DNA of 64,000 bases, taken from contig OZ360247.1 in the NCBI GenBank assembly GCA_977017645.1, forward strand, positions 32,736,001 to 32,800,000, given 5' to 3'. Under the pieces are notes generated by a model that was not told the origin of the DNA, ran no database searches, and saw only the letters and a program-made list of their open reading frames with translations. Position numbers and translations under genes: made by a program. This DNA is from Torpedo marmorata (taxonomy: Eukaryota). Numbering within the stretch: position 1 is the stretch's first letter; every line of letters begins with the position of its first letter. This document shows positions 1-13,417 of this stretch, one piece after another.

Positions 1-39
1 TATGAGATGTGAAGAGAACATTGCTTTTCTGATTAGCTG

Positions 40-300
40 TCCCCTACCCCTATCACTTCTCAACATTTTTCTCTTGTGCCCTTCCACCCCTATCCACCTA
101 TGACCTCTTGCCTGTGGCCCTGTGCTCCTCCCTTTGCCCCTTCCCCCCCCCCCCACCATTTTATTCAGACGCCTGCCTGCTTTCAGCTCATACCTTAACG
201 AAGGGCTCTGGCCCAAAACATTGGTCATGTACCTGTATCTTTATCTTTGCTGCATAAGGAACGCTGCGTAACTTGCTGAGTTTCTCCAGTATTTTTGTGT
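40..300 (+). mobile_element. Penelope-like pseudo-LTR fragment with degenerate hammerhead motif
   Basis: Pyrimidine-rich stretch then cagacgcctgcc..aacgaagggctctggcccaaaac..ctgagtttctccag; same family as 45129-45494. Confidence 0.65.
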
Positions 301-669
301 AAATTTCTTTTCTGATTTAGGAGGTGGGTTTGAAGTTCTCATTCCAGGGTTTATTCCATGAAAAGCTTTCATCGTTCTAACATCTCTATTTGATCTATTC
401 CAATGAAATGGTCACTGTCTCATGGATCTTCCTATATTTTCCCATCAATGCCATTACATTACCATATACTCACTTTGTGAGTTTTTGGGGAGCACGCATA
501 ACTACACACAGTACACCAACAGTAAATAATTTGTAGAATTCAATGTTGTTTCTGATGTTTTACTACCAAATCTCGACTCTACCATACAGAACGGCCAATC
601 TGGCAGTGGCATGGGAGCGCTACCTACATGATACTCCTTGACGGAAATAATTAGCTGTTCCTTCATCAT

Positions 670-1615
670 CACAAGTGGAACACATAGCACGGAACAGGCT
701 CTTTGGCCCAAACTGTCTAAGTTGGTATTCTGGGCTAGTGCTATTGGCCAACATTTGGTCCATACCTTTCCAAACCAATGGTTCTCAACCTTTTTCTTTC
801 CACTCACATACCACCTTAAGTAATCCCTTACTAACCACAGAGCACTCATGGCATAGGATGCCATAGGTGCTCTGTGGTTAGTAAGGGATTACTTAAGGTG
901 GTATGTGAGAGGAAAGAAAGGTTGAGAACCACTTTTCTAAACCCTTCTTATCCATATGTCTGTCCAAATGTCTTTTGAACATTGTAATTTGTACGAACTT
1001 CTAAAGCTTCCTATGTCAGCTCATTCCAGATACGGGCCACCCTCTGAGTGAAACAGTTGCCCCTCAGACCCCTCTTAACTCTCTCCCCTCTCACCTTAAT
1101 CCTATGCCCTCTAGTTCTATAATCTACCCTGAGCATTCACTTTATCCATGCGCCTCGTGATCTTATATACCACCATCATCACCCATCAGCTTCCTACGTG
1201 CCAAGTAACAAAAACCTCTCCGTATAAGTCAAGCCCGCCAGTTCTGGAGACATCTTGGTGAATCTTTCCTGCAATCTTTCCAATTCTCCTGCATCCTTCC
1301 AACAGCTGGGTGACCAGAAGTGCACTCAGCGCTCCAAGTGTAGTCTCACTAATGCCCTATACAGTTGCATCAAGAGCTCCCAATTGTTGTATTCAATATC
1401 CCACCCAATGAAGGCAAGCATGTCAAATAGCTACTTCTGCACCTGAGTGTCCACTTTCAGGGAACTATGCACCTATGTCTCTCTCCTCCAGAACACTCTC
1501 CAGCATTGTAAATATTAGTTTGACTTAGCAAAATGCAACATCTCATTCTTGTAAAAATTAAATTCCATTTGTCATTCCTTGCCCCACATTCCCAAATGAC
1601 CTCAATCCAGTCATA
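670..1615 (-). mobile_element. CR1-type LINE 3' fragment (interrupted by a MITE)
   Basis: Antisense similarity to the ORF2 C-terminus/3' UTR copies at 8541-9200 and 11985-12770. Confidence 0.75.
776..934. mobile_element. hAT/Charlie-like palindromic MITE
   Basis: TIR ca(g/a)tggttctcaacc; near-fully palindromic; 8-bp TSD ttccaaac/ttctaaac. Confidence 0.85.
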
Positions 1616-2295
1616 GAACATAGAACATAGAAATTTACAGCACAGTACAGGCCTTTCAGCCCACAGTGTTGTGCCGACCTAATAACTTACTCTAACAACT
1701 GCCTAGAATTTCCCACTGCATAATCCCTCCATTTTTCTGTTCCATGTACCTAAAAAGATCCTATTGTTCCTGTCCCCACCACTATTGCTGGCAGCACTTT
1801 TAATGCACACACCACTCTCTGTGTGAAGAACTTGCCTCTTACATCTCCCCCCCCTCTGTATTTACTCTCAAGCACTTTAAAACGATGCCCCCCCCCCATT
1901 AACAATTTCAGCCCCAGGGGAAAAGCCTCTGGCCATCCACACAATCAATGCCTCTCCTCATCTTGTACACTTCTCTCAGATCACCCCTCATTCTCTGTCC
2001 TGTTTGCCTTCTTGATGACCTGTTGCACCTGCAAACCAACCGTTGTGATTCATGCATGCTCACTCCCAGGTCTTTCCACACATCAGCATGCTGGAATATT
2101 TCACCGTTTAAATAATAGTCCCATCTGCTATTTTCCTTTTCAAAGAGAACAACATTTACCAACATTGTACTCCGTCAGCCTTGCCCACTCACTTAACCTA
2201 TCCATATCCCTCTGCAGACTCTCCCGACACAATTTGCTTTTCCACTCAATTTAGTATTATCAACAAACTTGTAAACACTACACTTGGTCCCCACT
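1612..2295 (-). mobile_element. CR1-type LINE 3' fragment
   Basis: (catagaa)n tail; minus-strand ORFs with RGKFFTQRVV, DLGVSMHES, RMRGDLREVYKM. Confidence 0.8.
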
Positions 2296-2362
2296 AAATC
2301 ATTTGCTGCCCCAGGGAGCTTCCCCTGCCTTGTTCCCAGGACGTGAGCTCTCTGGTGGAACC

Positions 2363-3862
2363 ATAGGGGTTACTAAATCTCTCATTAGAGCAACAAACAA
2401 ACAAGATTAAGCTGAGCAAGACACGTTGTGTCCTTAGTTTATTAGACGCGACTCCATTACAGTCCAAACTGCTTAAACCCTGCCTGCGTAACCCGTTGGC
2501 TGCATCCCGCATGTGATCCCAAAGCTGTCCTTGCTTGCGACTGGCCAGCCCACGCAGGCCCGTCTGGACTCCAGAGCGTAGCCTCCAGAGAGTCACCAGC
2601 GGTGACAGGCCCTATGCAAAATCCGCATAGGTGTGAGGCTGCGACAGCTCCCCCCTCTGCCTCCGAGTCGTGCGAGGTGTTGACTGTCTGGCTTTGTCCT
2701 GCCACATATCCAGCCTGGTCGCGTTTGGTACTGACATGTGGGTGGTCGTTGACAGGAAGGGCTGGGGTCTTGTAACTTTGCCGATTCAGTGAGTGGTTCT
2801 CAACATATGCTGGCTTTAAACGGTCAACAGACATGGTGTCAGTCTTTCCATTCTGATGGATTATGAAACTTTTGGGTTGGTGTTGGATGACTTGGTAACA
2901 GCTATCATATGCTTGTTGGAGAAGTCGGCGAATGGTGTCGTGTCGAACCAAGACATGTGTGCACGTTATAAGTCGGCTGGCACGTAGACCATCGTAGCTG
3001 CTTGCCGCGTTGACGTTGGGCTAAGTAACTGCATTGTTTGCCGTAGTCGGTCAACATAATTGGTTGGATCATGTGGTCCGGCCATAGGAACCAGTTCGAC
3101 AAATTCCCTGGGAAGTGTCAGAGTGGTGCCGTAGACGATTTCCTCCACTGAACATCCTAAGTCTGCTTTTATCGCCATATGGATGCCTAGCAGGAACATG
3201 TGCAACCATTCCCTCCACTGGTATGCATCTCCCCTGGCTGTCAATGCTGTTTTTAGTTAACGATGGAAACGTTCACTTGTGGATAGTAAGCCATCGTCCA
3301 AATCCGGTTGGTGCCTAAAACATCGGTAAGTGCTCGGAAGAGCACAGACTCAAACTGTGGTCCTCAGTGCATTGTAATTGTACATGGGATACCGAAGGCC
3401 GGAACCCATCAGTCTACTGGCTCCGCGGAGATGTTGATGACTGGAATGGCCTCTTGCCATCATTTAGTCTGATTTTCACAGTTGAGCAAATAAGTAATCA
3501 TGTTGTTTCTATCGTCAGCCATTTCCATATGTGAAAGGAAGGTTTTGAGTAGTAAAGAGGTCACCAGATGTAAGGGTTGCTAAATCTCGAGTCAGAACAA
3601 TGAACAAATAAGGTTAAACTGAGCAAGACACGTTGTATCCTTAGTTTATTAGGTGCGACTCCATTACAGTCCGAACTGCTTAAACCCTGCCCCGCGTCGC
3701 CCGATGGCTGCATTCGCATGTGACCCTAAAGCTGACCTGCTCTTAACTGGCCGATCCATGCAGGTCCATCTGGGCTTCCGAGCGAGCCTGAGGCAGAGAG
3801 CTAGCTGGACGTAGACAGGAGGGATGATCCGCTGCAACCTCCGAGAAGGGGCTTGGGTCACT
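2363..3862 (-). mobile_element. Decayed, internally deleted Gypsy-type LTR retrotransposon
   Basis: Two related direct repeats (~2363-2646 and ~3569-3862); on the minus strand LTR end CA followed by PBS-like tggtgacc (3566-3559); integrase remnants (GPQFES, LLGI..IKADLGCS.EEIVYGTTL.LP.EF, SVDRLKPAY); purine tract gagggggga before TG at 2646. Confidence 0.8.
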
Positions 3863-4899
3863 TAAATGTCAATTAAGTCTGTTTTCTTTAACCCCGCACC
3901 CCCGCAGGTTTCTCCAGACTGCGGAGATGTTGAAACCCTCAACCGTAAACCTAGATATCCTTCCTCACTGTCCACTACACCACCAATTCTGGTGTCATCT
4001 GCACATTTACTAATCATGTTAACTACAATGTCATCCACTCATTAAAATAGATAACAAACAAGAGTGGATCCAGCAGCGATCCCTACAGCATCCCACTGGT
4101 CACAGGCCACTAATCTGAAAAGCAACCCTCCATGATGTGGTTAGAGGGTCAACAAGCAAAGGAAACATACTTGGGCGACAAACAAATCTGGTTGAAGAGA
4201 AAAATTACTTTTTCACAATGAGCCAATCTGATCTGAAATGCCTGCAAAAAGAAGTTGAAATCAGATTTCATAGTACATTTCAAAACAGAAATGGAAAAAT
4301 ACATGAAAAATCATTTTGAACACCAAGTGGGGGGAGAGGTACAGGCAGAACCAGTGCAAGCATAATCAGCCAAGAGGTTCTTTCTGACCTACATGATTCT
4401 TTGAGTCTTCTCAGGTTCAGAAGCAGTTAGATGCAGTGTGTAAAATAACAGATAGGCACTTCCTTAAGCCTATGCTGTAAAGTACTTATGTTAAAAAAAC
4501 AACATAACATACAATTTTTTATGATTGGTTTTGGAAGTTTACTTGATGTCAACATTAATATTTACACTTTATCCCTTCAAGATTCATTTCTTTAATGCTA
4601 ACGATCTAATGCCTTCATTATTTGAGCACCAAATTATACCAGCACTATTCCCCACACTCAGGAACAACCGCCACCAACCCCCCTCCCAGGTTGCCACACA
4701 TTCTCCTCACATTAAAAGAAAATTAGAACAGCACAGTAAAACTAGCTGAATGTGAATTGGTGACACTCATAGTGTAGGTTCCTAAGGCCAAAAGGTTTAT
4801 CCATCTTTGCTGAGGTTATAATGTGACTCCTATTCGTCCAGTAAATGATAAACATATCCCAAGATTTATTTGGAGTCCAAAGAGTAACACAGCTTGGAG

Positions 4900-5195
4900 T
4901 CCTGCTGCAAAGGCAGAAAGCTGGATTGGATCCTGACCTCAGGTGCTGTCTGTGCGGAGTTTGCAGGTTCTCCCTATGACAGGGTGGGTTTCTTCAGATG
5001 TTCCAGTTTCTTCCTACAGATGTGTAGATTTACTGGTCAGTGTAAATCACCCCTCGTGTAGGCGAATGGTAGAATTTGGGAGGAATTGATGAGAATGTGG
5101 CGAGAATAAAATGGAATTAGGGTAAATGACTGGCTGGTGGTTAGCAGTACTCGATGGGCTGAAGGGCATGTTTTTGTGTTGTATGACTCCATGGC
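4900..5195 (+). mobile_element. V-SINE/HE1-like SINE
   Basis: V-domain-like tgtctgtgcggagtttgcaggttctccct..gggtttcttc and CR1-like 3' tail gggctgaaggg..tgttgtatgactc. Confidence 0.7.
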
Positions 5196-6199
5196 TCTAT
5201 TTAAATGGTGAGTTAGCAGCATCAGAAGTCTTCACTCAACTGAATCTGTGCCATGGTTATGCCCAGGAAAATGGTTTTGAGGACAATCAATGCTAACACC
5301 TATACAGTAACAGTTTATCTTGGTACAATCATATGGTGTTAAATCATTGACTAAAATCGTTACAAGCAACAATGGTTCAGATGCTGCAAGTTATCCAGCA
5401 CTATTTATATCATTAGAATAGCATTCAAATTGCAATGATCTTTGAGGGAGGACCTGAGGAAGTGTTTGGAAGATTGCATCAAAAAATGTGAGGCTTAAAA
5501 AGAGAGTAACACTCCTTCCATGCGAAAAGTAAGAATATTATTTATATCTGAGGGTAGATTAAATTAAGGTGCTGAAATTTAATGAGCAAGCTGGGACCTT
5601 CATGACAGACCGAAAATTGTAGTCATGTCTCGAGAAAATCCCATACTAAAATCAATGGCCATCAAGGGGAAAACATCATAGGAAGCATTGGAATAGTGTG
5701 TATGTCATTGTGGTGGGATAATAACCAAAGTAACCGCAGTCAAAGTAACAGTGGTTACTTTGGTCATTGTCTCTCACCCCCGCCCAACCCCCCTCCCCCC
5801 ACCCCCCATCCCCTTCTCTCCCGCAGTAAAATATTGCTGTTACCAGCTATTGCCATGCACAAAATTGTGCCATCTGGTCTTCACCTCCAAGTGGTGTAGA
5901 AGTAATCAGTGGCAGTTTGTATGCCGGAATGGAAAGTGTGAGGGGATTGGCCCAGCAAGTTGGAAGGTTTAACATGGCATTTGGGAAAGGGGAAAGGATC
6001 GGCTGCCATTAGAATTGGTGGAAAATGAGGGAGGGGATTGACCTTTCATTTGGGAAAGAAGGCAAGATGGGACTATCAGCTGGAAATGTAGAGGATTAGA
6101 TCAGGATTTGGGAGGGTGAGGTGATTGACCTGGCATTTGGAACTGGACCTAAATTTGAGAGGTTAGAATGCTCTGACAGAAAAGTTCAGAACAGGTTCA

Positions 6200-7052
6200 T
6201 AATGCAGATGTCTGTCGGGGAAGTGGCAGCAATGCAAATGAAATATAATGTCGGAAAGTGTACGGTCATGCACTTTGGTAGAAAAAATAAATGGGCAGAC
6301 TATTTTTTTTAATGGGGAGAAAATTGAAAATACCCAGATGTAAAGGTACCTGGGAGTCCTTGTGAAGGATAGCCTGAAGGTAAACTTGCAGGTTGAGACG
6401 GTGGTGAAGAAGGCAGATGCAATGCTGGCATTCATTTCAAGAGGAAAAGAATATAAGAACAGGGATGTAACGTTGAGGATTTATAAGGCATTGGTAAGAC
6501 CTCACCTGGAGTATTGTGAGCAGTTTTGGGCACCTCATTTAAAAATAATATGCTGACGTTGGAGAGGGTTCAAAGGAGATTCATTAGGATGATTCAGGGA
6601 ATGAAATGGTTATCATATGAGGAGTGTTTGACAGCTCATGGCTTGGATTCGTTGGAATTTAGGAGAATGAGGGGGGATCTTATTGAAACATTTCGAATGT
6701 TGAAAGGCATGGACAGAGTAGATGTAGAAAGGTTGTTTCCCATGGTGGGAGAATCTAGGACAAGAGGACACAACTTCAGGATTGAAGGGCGTCTGCTTGG
6801 AACAGAAATGCGTAGGAATTTCTTCAGCCAGATAGTGGTAAATCTGTAGAATTTGTTGCCACAGGCAGTTGTGGAGGCCAGGTCATCGGGTGTAGTTAAG
6901 ATAGGTTTTTGATTAGCTTGGGCATGAAAGGTTATGGGGAGAAGGCCAGGCAGTGGGGCTGAGTAGTAAAAATGGATCAACTCCTGATTAAATGGCGGGG
7001 CAGGCTCGATGGGTTGAATAGCCAATTTCTGCTTCTATGTCTTCTGGTCTTA
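6200..7052 (+). mobile_element. CR1-type LINE 3' fragment (RT C-terminus + 3' UTR)
   Basis: KCTVMHFGRKN, YKALVRPHLEYCEQFWAP, LERVQRRF, RRMRGDLIETF; frameshifted. Confidence 0.9.
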
Positions 7053-7419
7053 TGGCCAAAATACAGGACCCACCCCCCCCCCCCACCCCCAGAGTGCAGC
7101 CACATGAGGATCTTAAAATGTGGCCTTTCACCATAAAGTCTATGCAGCAGCCACACAAACTTCACTGTGCACATAGTCCTGCATCTTGGACTGTTCCAGC
7201 CTGCAGCATCCTGTTGTGCACAGCCCTTGCACTGGATGACCAGTAACTTCACTGGAGTGAATCCTGGGATGAGAGGTGTTGGGTGATGTGAAGACATTGA
7301 GAAGCATTGCATACACTTGATGGAGTTCAGAAGAATTAAAGGTAATCTCACTGGAACATACAAGATTCTGAAAAGGATCCAACGCAGTGCAACTGAGAGA
7401 TGGTTTCAAAGATGTCTGA

Positions 7420-8015
7420 TGAGATTTGTCTGAATGTTCTTATCAATCTTCTACAGGTGTACTGAGGAAGGCATACTGACTGGTTGCATCATAGCCTGGT
7501 TTGGTAATTCGAGTACCCAGGAATGCAGAAGATGCAGAAAGAAGCAAACCTAGCCAAGTCCATCACGAGCTCCAACCTCCCATCCATTGAAGACATCTAT
7601 GTGAGGCGCTGACTCAAGAAAGCCAGCATCATAAAGAAAGTCATCATCACGGTTACAAACTCTTTTTGCTGCTACCTTCAGAAAGAAGGTACAGAAACCT
7701 AAAGTCCAGCACCTCTAGGTTCAAGAACAGTTTCTTTCCAACAACTATCAGGCTCTTGAACCTCCCTTTATTTCCCTAATAATAAACTACTCCAGCACCA
7801 CAAGAAAACCTGCCCTGCACTATTGAAATGACACAATTATTTTTCTTAGTGTAACTGTGATTATTTATTATCTAACTTATATATTTATTATCCATTTCTG
7901 AACTGGGATAATTTAATATACAGGTATACCATTTTTTTTACAGAAGTACCTGTTTGGCTGTACCAAATTTTTGGTGCATGTGTACATGGTATGACAATAA
8001 ACTCATTATCGTCAT
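7420..8015 (+). mobile_element. Rex1/Babar-like LINE 3' fragment
   Basis: ttctacaggtgtact..gcatactgactggttgcatc..gaagacatctat..aacagtttctttcc; aataaa tail; same family as 36567-37370. Confidence 0.7.
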
Positions 8016-8227
8016 GATCATCATTAGTTTCCTCTTGCTGGAGTCCAAATTATTCAGGATGAGGGTTGGCTATTCAGCACTGAGATAAAGAGAAATTCCC
8101 TTCTGCAGAGAATTGTGTATCTTTTTATTTCTCTACTCCAGAGAGCAGTGGATTCTTAGATAGTATTGAAGTTGACACTGATCAATTGGAATTTAGGGAC
8201 AAAGGGATTTCAGGATTCAGAGGATAT

Positions 8228-9450
8228 CAAAGTTCAAATTTCAGATTTATTGTCAGAGTACATACATGACATCACATACAACCCTGAGATTCTTTTTCCT
8301 GCGGGCGAGACAGAATTATCACTTATTGGTAGTGCAAACTGTACTCAAGAAGGTACTTATACATATAAACAAATAATGTAAACAACCTGCAAACAACTTA
8401 TACATATAAATAAATAATGTAAACAACCTGACTGCAATACAGAGAAACAAAAAATCAATAGTGAAAAAGTAAGAGTCATTAAATGAGTCTCTGATTGAGT
8501 TTGTTATTGAGGAGTCTGATGGTGGAGGTGTAGCAGCTGTTAGAACCATAGAACCATAGAACATTACAGCACAGAAACAGGCCACCTCAGCCCCTCTGCT
8601 CCGTGCCGAACCATTTCTTTGCGTAGTCCCACTGACCTGCACCCAGCCCATAGCCCTGCATATCTCTTCCATCCATGTACCTGTCCAAATTCTTCTTAAA
8701 TGTTAAAATTGAGCCCGCATTTACCACTTCAGCTGGAAGCTCGTTCCACACTCCCACCACTTTCTGTGTGAAGAAGTTCCCCCTCATGTTCCCCCTAAAC
8801 TTTTCCCCTTTCACCCTTTACCCATGTCCTCTGGTTTGTATCTCACCTACCCTCAGTGGAAAAAGCCTATCTACATTTACTCTAACCCCCTCATAATCTT
8901 AAACACCTCTTTCAAATCTCCCCTCATTCTTCTACGCTCCAGGGAATAAAGTCCTAACCTGTCCAACCAGGCAACATCCTAGTAAATCTTCCCTTCACTC
9001 TTTCCATCTTATTGATATCTTTCCTGTAGTTAGGTGACCAAAACTGCACACAATACTCCAAATTTGGCCTCAACAATGTCTTATACAACTTTAACATAAC
9101 ATCCCAACTCCTGTACTCAATACTTTGATTTATGAAGGCCAATATGCCAAAAGCTCTCTTTACAACCCTATCCACCTGTGACACCACTTTCAGGGAATTC
9201 TTGTTCCTGAACTTGGTGGTGTGAGTCTTGTGGTGCCTATACCTCTTTCCTGATGGCAGCAGCGAGAACAGAGCATGTGCTGGGTGTGGATCCTTGATGA
9301 TTGCTGCTGCTCTCTGACGGCAGCGTTCCCTGTAAATGTTCTCGATGGTGGGGTGGGTTTTACCTGTGATATCCTGGGCTGTGCCTTCTACCTTTTGCAG
9401 GGCTTTCCACTCAGGGGTATTGGTGTCCCCATACCAGACTGTGATGCAGA
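8228..9450 (-). mobile_element. Rex1/Babar-like LINE split by a CR1 insertion (CR1 at ~8541-9200)
   Basis: [27 protein letters not shown] joined to CR1 VRPNLEYCVQFWSP; the uninterrupted junction gcagctgttcctgaac is seen in the copy at ~20860. Confidence 0.85.
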
Positions 9451-11249
9451 TTGATGAGGACAAGATGATATTATTGAATGGCAGAAAAGGTAGAATAGCC
9501 GACTTTGATTACTATTTTCTTAAACCATCAATCTGTTTCACTTTATGTTAAATTATTCAGGTAGTAATCCTGAGACTTTCGTTTGTGCACTAACTCCTGA
9601 AGTTTCCTCAGTGGGGAAGCAATAACAACAAGTGATAAGTCAAACTCAGTTGTGCCGAGAATGGACAGCTGATGCGAGTATCGTGCCCCGCTATTGAACT
9701 CCTGGCTGGTCAGGTGCTGATTTGCCACAGTTCATTTTTTTGACTGGGTATTTGGATATCAGAATCTTTATTGAATACGGTAACTGTTTTTTTTTAGAAA
9801 AGATGGAAAAGAAAATAATACTAGAGGAAGAGATAAAACCAGAAGAAAGAACAGATGTTCCACTAAAACTGAAAATCTAGATCAGTGCAGTGAGTGTATA
9901 AATGGGAAGAAACACTGGGGTAAGTGAATTTTAGGTTTCTTAATAATAATCGCAATTCTGGGAAAATTATAAAAAACAAGAAATTGGTAGGGGCATTTAT
10001 CAAGTCTATTTAAATACCATAGGATAGCTAATCTTCATATAGAAAGGGAAAATCAAATTACCAAATTATTTTGGTGGTTGTACATTCCACCCAGTTTTCT
10101 TCGACCAATGTTAAAAAAAATATGGATCTAGTTATTCTTGACCTAATGTTGTCCTATGAGATCATGTTAATTAACAACTTTATAGTGAACAGTCATCTGA
10201 GGAAGACTGATAATAATAGAAGTGAAAGAATGTGAAAATGTGGTTACAGCAAGCACATGGAGGGGAAATAAGACAGAGGACAAGTGAGATTTGATGAGAG
10301 CACATCTAAACTATTAAGCATAGTTTTAGTTTCTTGCCATTGAAAGGATATATTTTTGAAGGGATGCCATAGAGTTTCAATATATTAAGTAGAGATTGAT
10401 TACCATGAAATATAGAAGGTTGTTGAGATGTGACTTATTTTAAACATAATATATGGGAATTTACAACCAGAGGTAAAGCAACAATTTAGAAATCTCCCTG
10501 GCAAGAACTTTCCTTTTCTCTTAGTACCAGAAATCAGTTCAACATGATCAGTTATATCCAGCAGCCAATTATGTTAAAAATTCACCCTGACAATATGCAA
10601 GGAAATGGAAAGCAAGGTTTAATTTAAGCATTATATAGAGTTCTATATAAAGTCTGGAAAATACACATATGATTATGGTACAAGTTGAAATGTTATAAAT
10701 AGATATTTTAAAAATAAACATCTAAGTGCATCACTAAAAATTAAATTAGATCTCATGTAAAAAAAAAGTATAATATTTTCAGGATGATTTATACCAGATC
10801 TATTTCATAAGTAACTCAGTTCCACAATGATTCGATTGATTACTTTTGATTCAGTTGCAGAAGTTTGCAACAGCAAATGTGTAGAAGTGTGAATTACAAC
10901 TTTCGGGATGCTGAGTTAAACTAGGCATGTGCAAAAAGCCCAAAGCTACCATCAGTTTCATAAAACAATGACAACAATTGCAGATAGTTTCACCATCATT
11001 ACGACCTTAAGATCCAAATTATAAAATTCTTAAGAAACTTGATGATGTGTTGATGAGGAAGTTTTGACTCTTAGTGTGCAGTCTTGAAACAGGAGACAAA
11101 ATAAAGAATTGTCCATTTAGAAGTGAGATAAGAAAAGCATTTCTTCACACTCGGGGCTAGAGACGCTCACCACTGAGTACTGGCAAATGTCAAATTGATA
11201 GACTTTTTTGCATAACTAATGGACGCAAGTGCAAGGCATGAAGATTTAC

Positions 11250-11985
11250 TAGGATGTTGCCTGGACTTCAGGAACTGGGTTACAGGGAAAGGTTAAACAG
11301 GTTAGGACTTTTTTTCCCCTGGAGTGTAGAAGAATGAGGGGAGATTTGATAGAGGTATTTAAAATTATGAGGGGTATAGACAGACTAAATGTAGGTTGGC
11401 TTTTTTCCACTGAGAGTAGTGAGATACAAACTAGAGGACATGGGTTAAGGGTGAAAGGGGAAAGGTTTAGGGCAGTGGTTTTCAAACTTTTTCTTTCCAC
11501 TCACATACCACTTTAAGTAATCCCTATGCCATAGGTGCTCTGTGATTAGTAAGGGATTACTTAAGGTGGTATGTGAGTGGGAAGGGAAGGTTGAGAACCA
11601 CTGCTCTGGACCCAATTGCTACTGAAATATTTTGCTTGAGAAAAATTGTCATTGGCCCATTTCCTTTGGAGTTATGAAACCGTGCACATAACGAGTCAAT
11701 TAGGTACGATTAAAACAGTGGTTTTCAAACTTTTTCTTTCCACTCACATACCGCCTTAAGTAATCCCTTACTAATCATAAAGCACCTATGGCATAGGGAT
11801 TACTTAAGGTGGAATGTGAGTGGAAAGAAAAAGTTTGAAAACCACTGGTTTAGGGGGAACATAAGGGGGAACTTCTTCACACAGAGAGTGGTGGGAATGC
11901 GGGTTCAATTTTAACATTTAAGAAGAATTTGGACAGATACATAGATGGGAGGGGTATGGAGAGCTATGGACTAGGTGCAGGTCAA
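11250..11985 (+). mobile_element. CR1-type LINE 3' fragment with composite MITE insertion
   Basis: MRGDLIEVFKIMRGIDR..TRGHGLRVKGERF | insert | gggaacttcttcacacagagagtggtg. Confidence 0.85.
11473..11847. mobile_element. Composite hAT MITE: two palindromic units plus 112-bp spacer
   Basis: Units 11473-11603 and 11716-11847, outer TIR cagtggttttcaaac, perfect 8-bp TSD gtttaggg (11465-11472, 11848-11855). Confidence 0.9.
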
Positions 11986-12770
11986 TAGACAATAGACAAT
12001 AGACAATAGGAGCTGGAGTAGGCCCTTCGGCCCGTCGAGCCAGCACCGCCATTTTACAGATCATGGCTGATCACTACTATCAGTACCCCTTACCAGCCTT
12101 ATCCCCATAACCCTTAACTCCTCTGCCCACTAGAGTCTTATCTAACTCTCTTTTGAACATAATCAGCGAATCTACCTCTACCACCCTCTGTGGCAGAGCA
12201 TTCCACAGATTCACACTTCTCTGGGTAAAAAAATTTTTCCTCATCTCCGTCCTAAAGGGCCTTCCCTGTATTCTTAAACTATGCCCTCTAGTCCTCGTCT
12301 CTCCCATCATTGGGAACAAGTAATCTGACTTCACCCTGTCTATCCCCTTGATAATTTTGTATACCTCAATCATGTCCCCCCTCATCCTTCTAAACTCCAT
12401 CGGATATAAGTCCAGTTTTTCTAACCTTTCAGCATATGTCAACCCTGCCATCCCTGGAACTAACCTTGTAAATCTGCGCTGCACACCCTCTATAGCTAGT
12501 ATGTCCTTCCTCAAATTTGGGGACCAGAACTGGACGCAATACTCCAGGTGGGGTCTCACCAGGGCCCTGTACAACTGCAGAAGGGCGTCTCTGCTCCTAT
12601 ACTCCAATCCCCTCTTTATGAAAGCCAACATGCCATTTGCCTTCTTCACAGCTTTCTGAACCTGCATGTTAGCCTTCAATGACCGGTGAACAAGTACACC
12701 CAGATCCATTTGCACTTCCCCACTCCCTAGCTTGTCGCCATTTAAATAATACTCAGCTTTCCTATTACTG
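11985..12770 (-). mobile_element. Young CR1-type LINE, 5'-truncated, open ORF2 C-terminus
   Basis: Stop-free 211-aa ORF 12080-12715 (DLGVLV..LVRPHLEYCVQFWSP..RRMRGDMIEVYK..GVKGYG); (caataga)n tail. Confidence 0.92.
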
Positions 12771-13265
12771 TAATGGTTCTATGAAAAAAAGGGATTGTTA
12801 AAGAGATTCAGTCTACATCTCAAATAGTGGAACTAGTTCAATGGGGCTGTATGGCCTCTTCTGGCTCTTTCTTCCATTGTTAAATGGAACTGAATTTCAG
12901 GTCAGCATGATGTAAGTGAATGGTGGAACATTGCTGAGGAAGTGTCCTATCATTCCCCTTCCTACATTTCAATGAGACGTTCACAAGCCAGTTCCAAACG
13001 GAAAGTGATTAGACATTTTCTTCACAAATCTGTCCATTCCAGCAATTTTGAAAACAGCCCTCCACCCTCGATCGTTAAAGTAAAATTATGCAATAAATGC
13101 AAATGTGATCCGTTACAGGATTTAATTTGAGGTGTGGGCAGAGAAATTTCAATGCCCCGCCTGGGTTATGAAGTTTGTTTTTCAAGTACTGAGGAAGTCA
13201 CATCCATCTCTTGCTTGTTTTCTTGCGGTTGTACTGAAGAGCCGAGGAGGAACTGCACCGACTGA

Positions 13266-13417
13266 CTATGGTTCTCAACCTTTTTTCCCCACTCACATAC
13301 CACCTGAAGTAATCCCTGACTAACCACCATGCATCCTATGCCATAGGTTCTCTGTGGTTAGTCAGCGATTAGTTAAAGTGGTACGTGAATGGGGGAAAAA
13401 AAGGTTGAGAACCACTG
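13266..13417. mobile_element. hAT palindromic MITE (same family as 776-934)
   Basis: tggttctcaacc...ggttgagaaccactg; no clear TSD. Confidence 0.8.

Noticed and set aside
8954-9463. 169-aa ORF fusing two RT-associated segments
   Set aside because: Chance in-frame junction where a CR1 inserted into a Rex1-like copy
9780-11240. AT-rich upstream region as a possible gene
   Set aside because: No ORF or exon pattern; traces resemble a very old CR1 body
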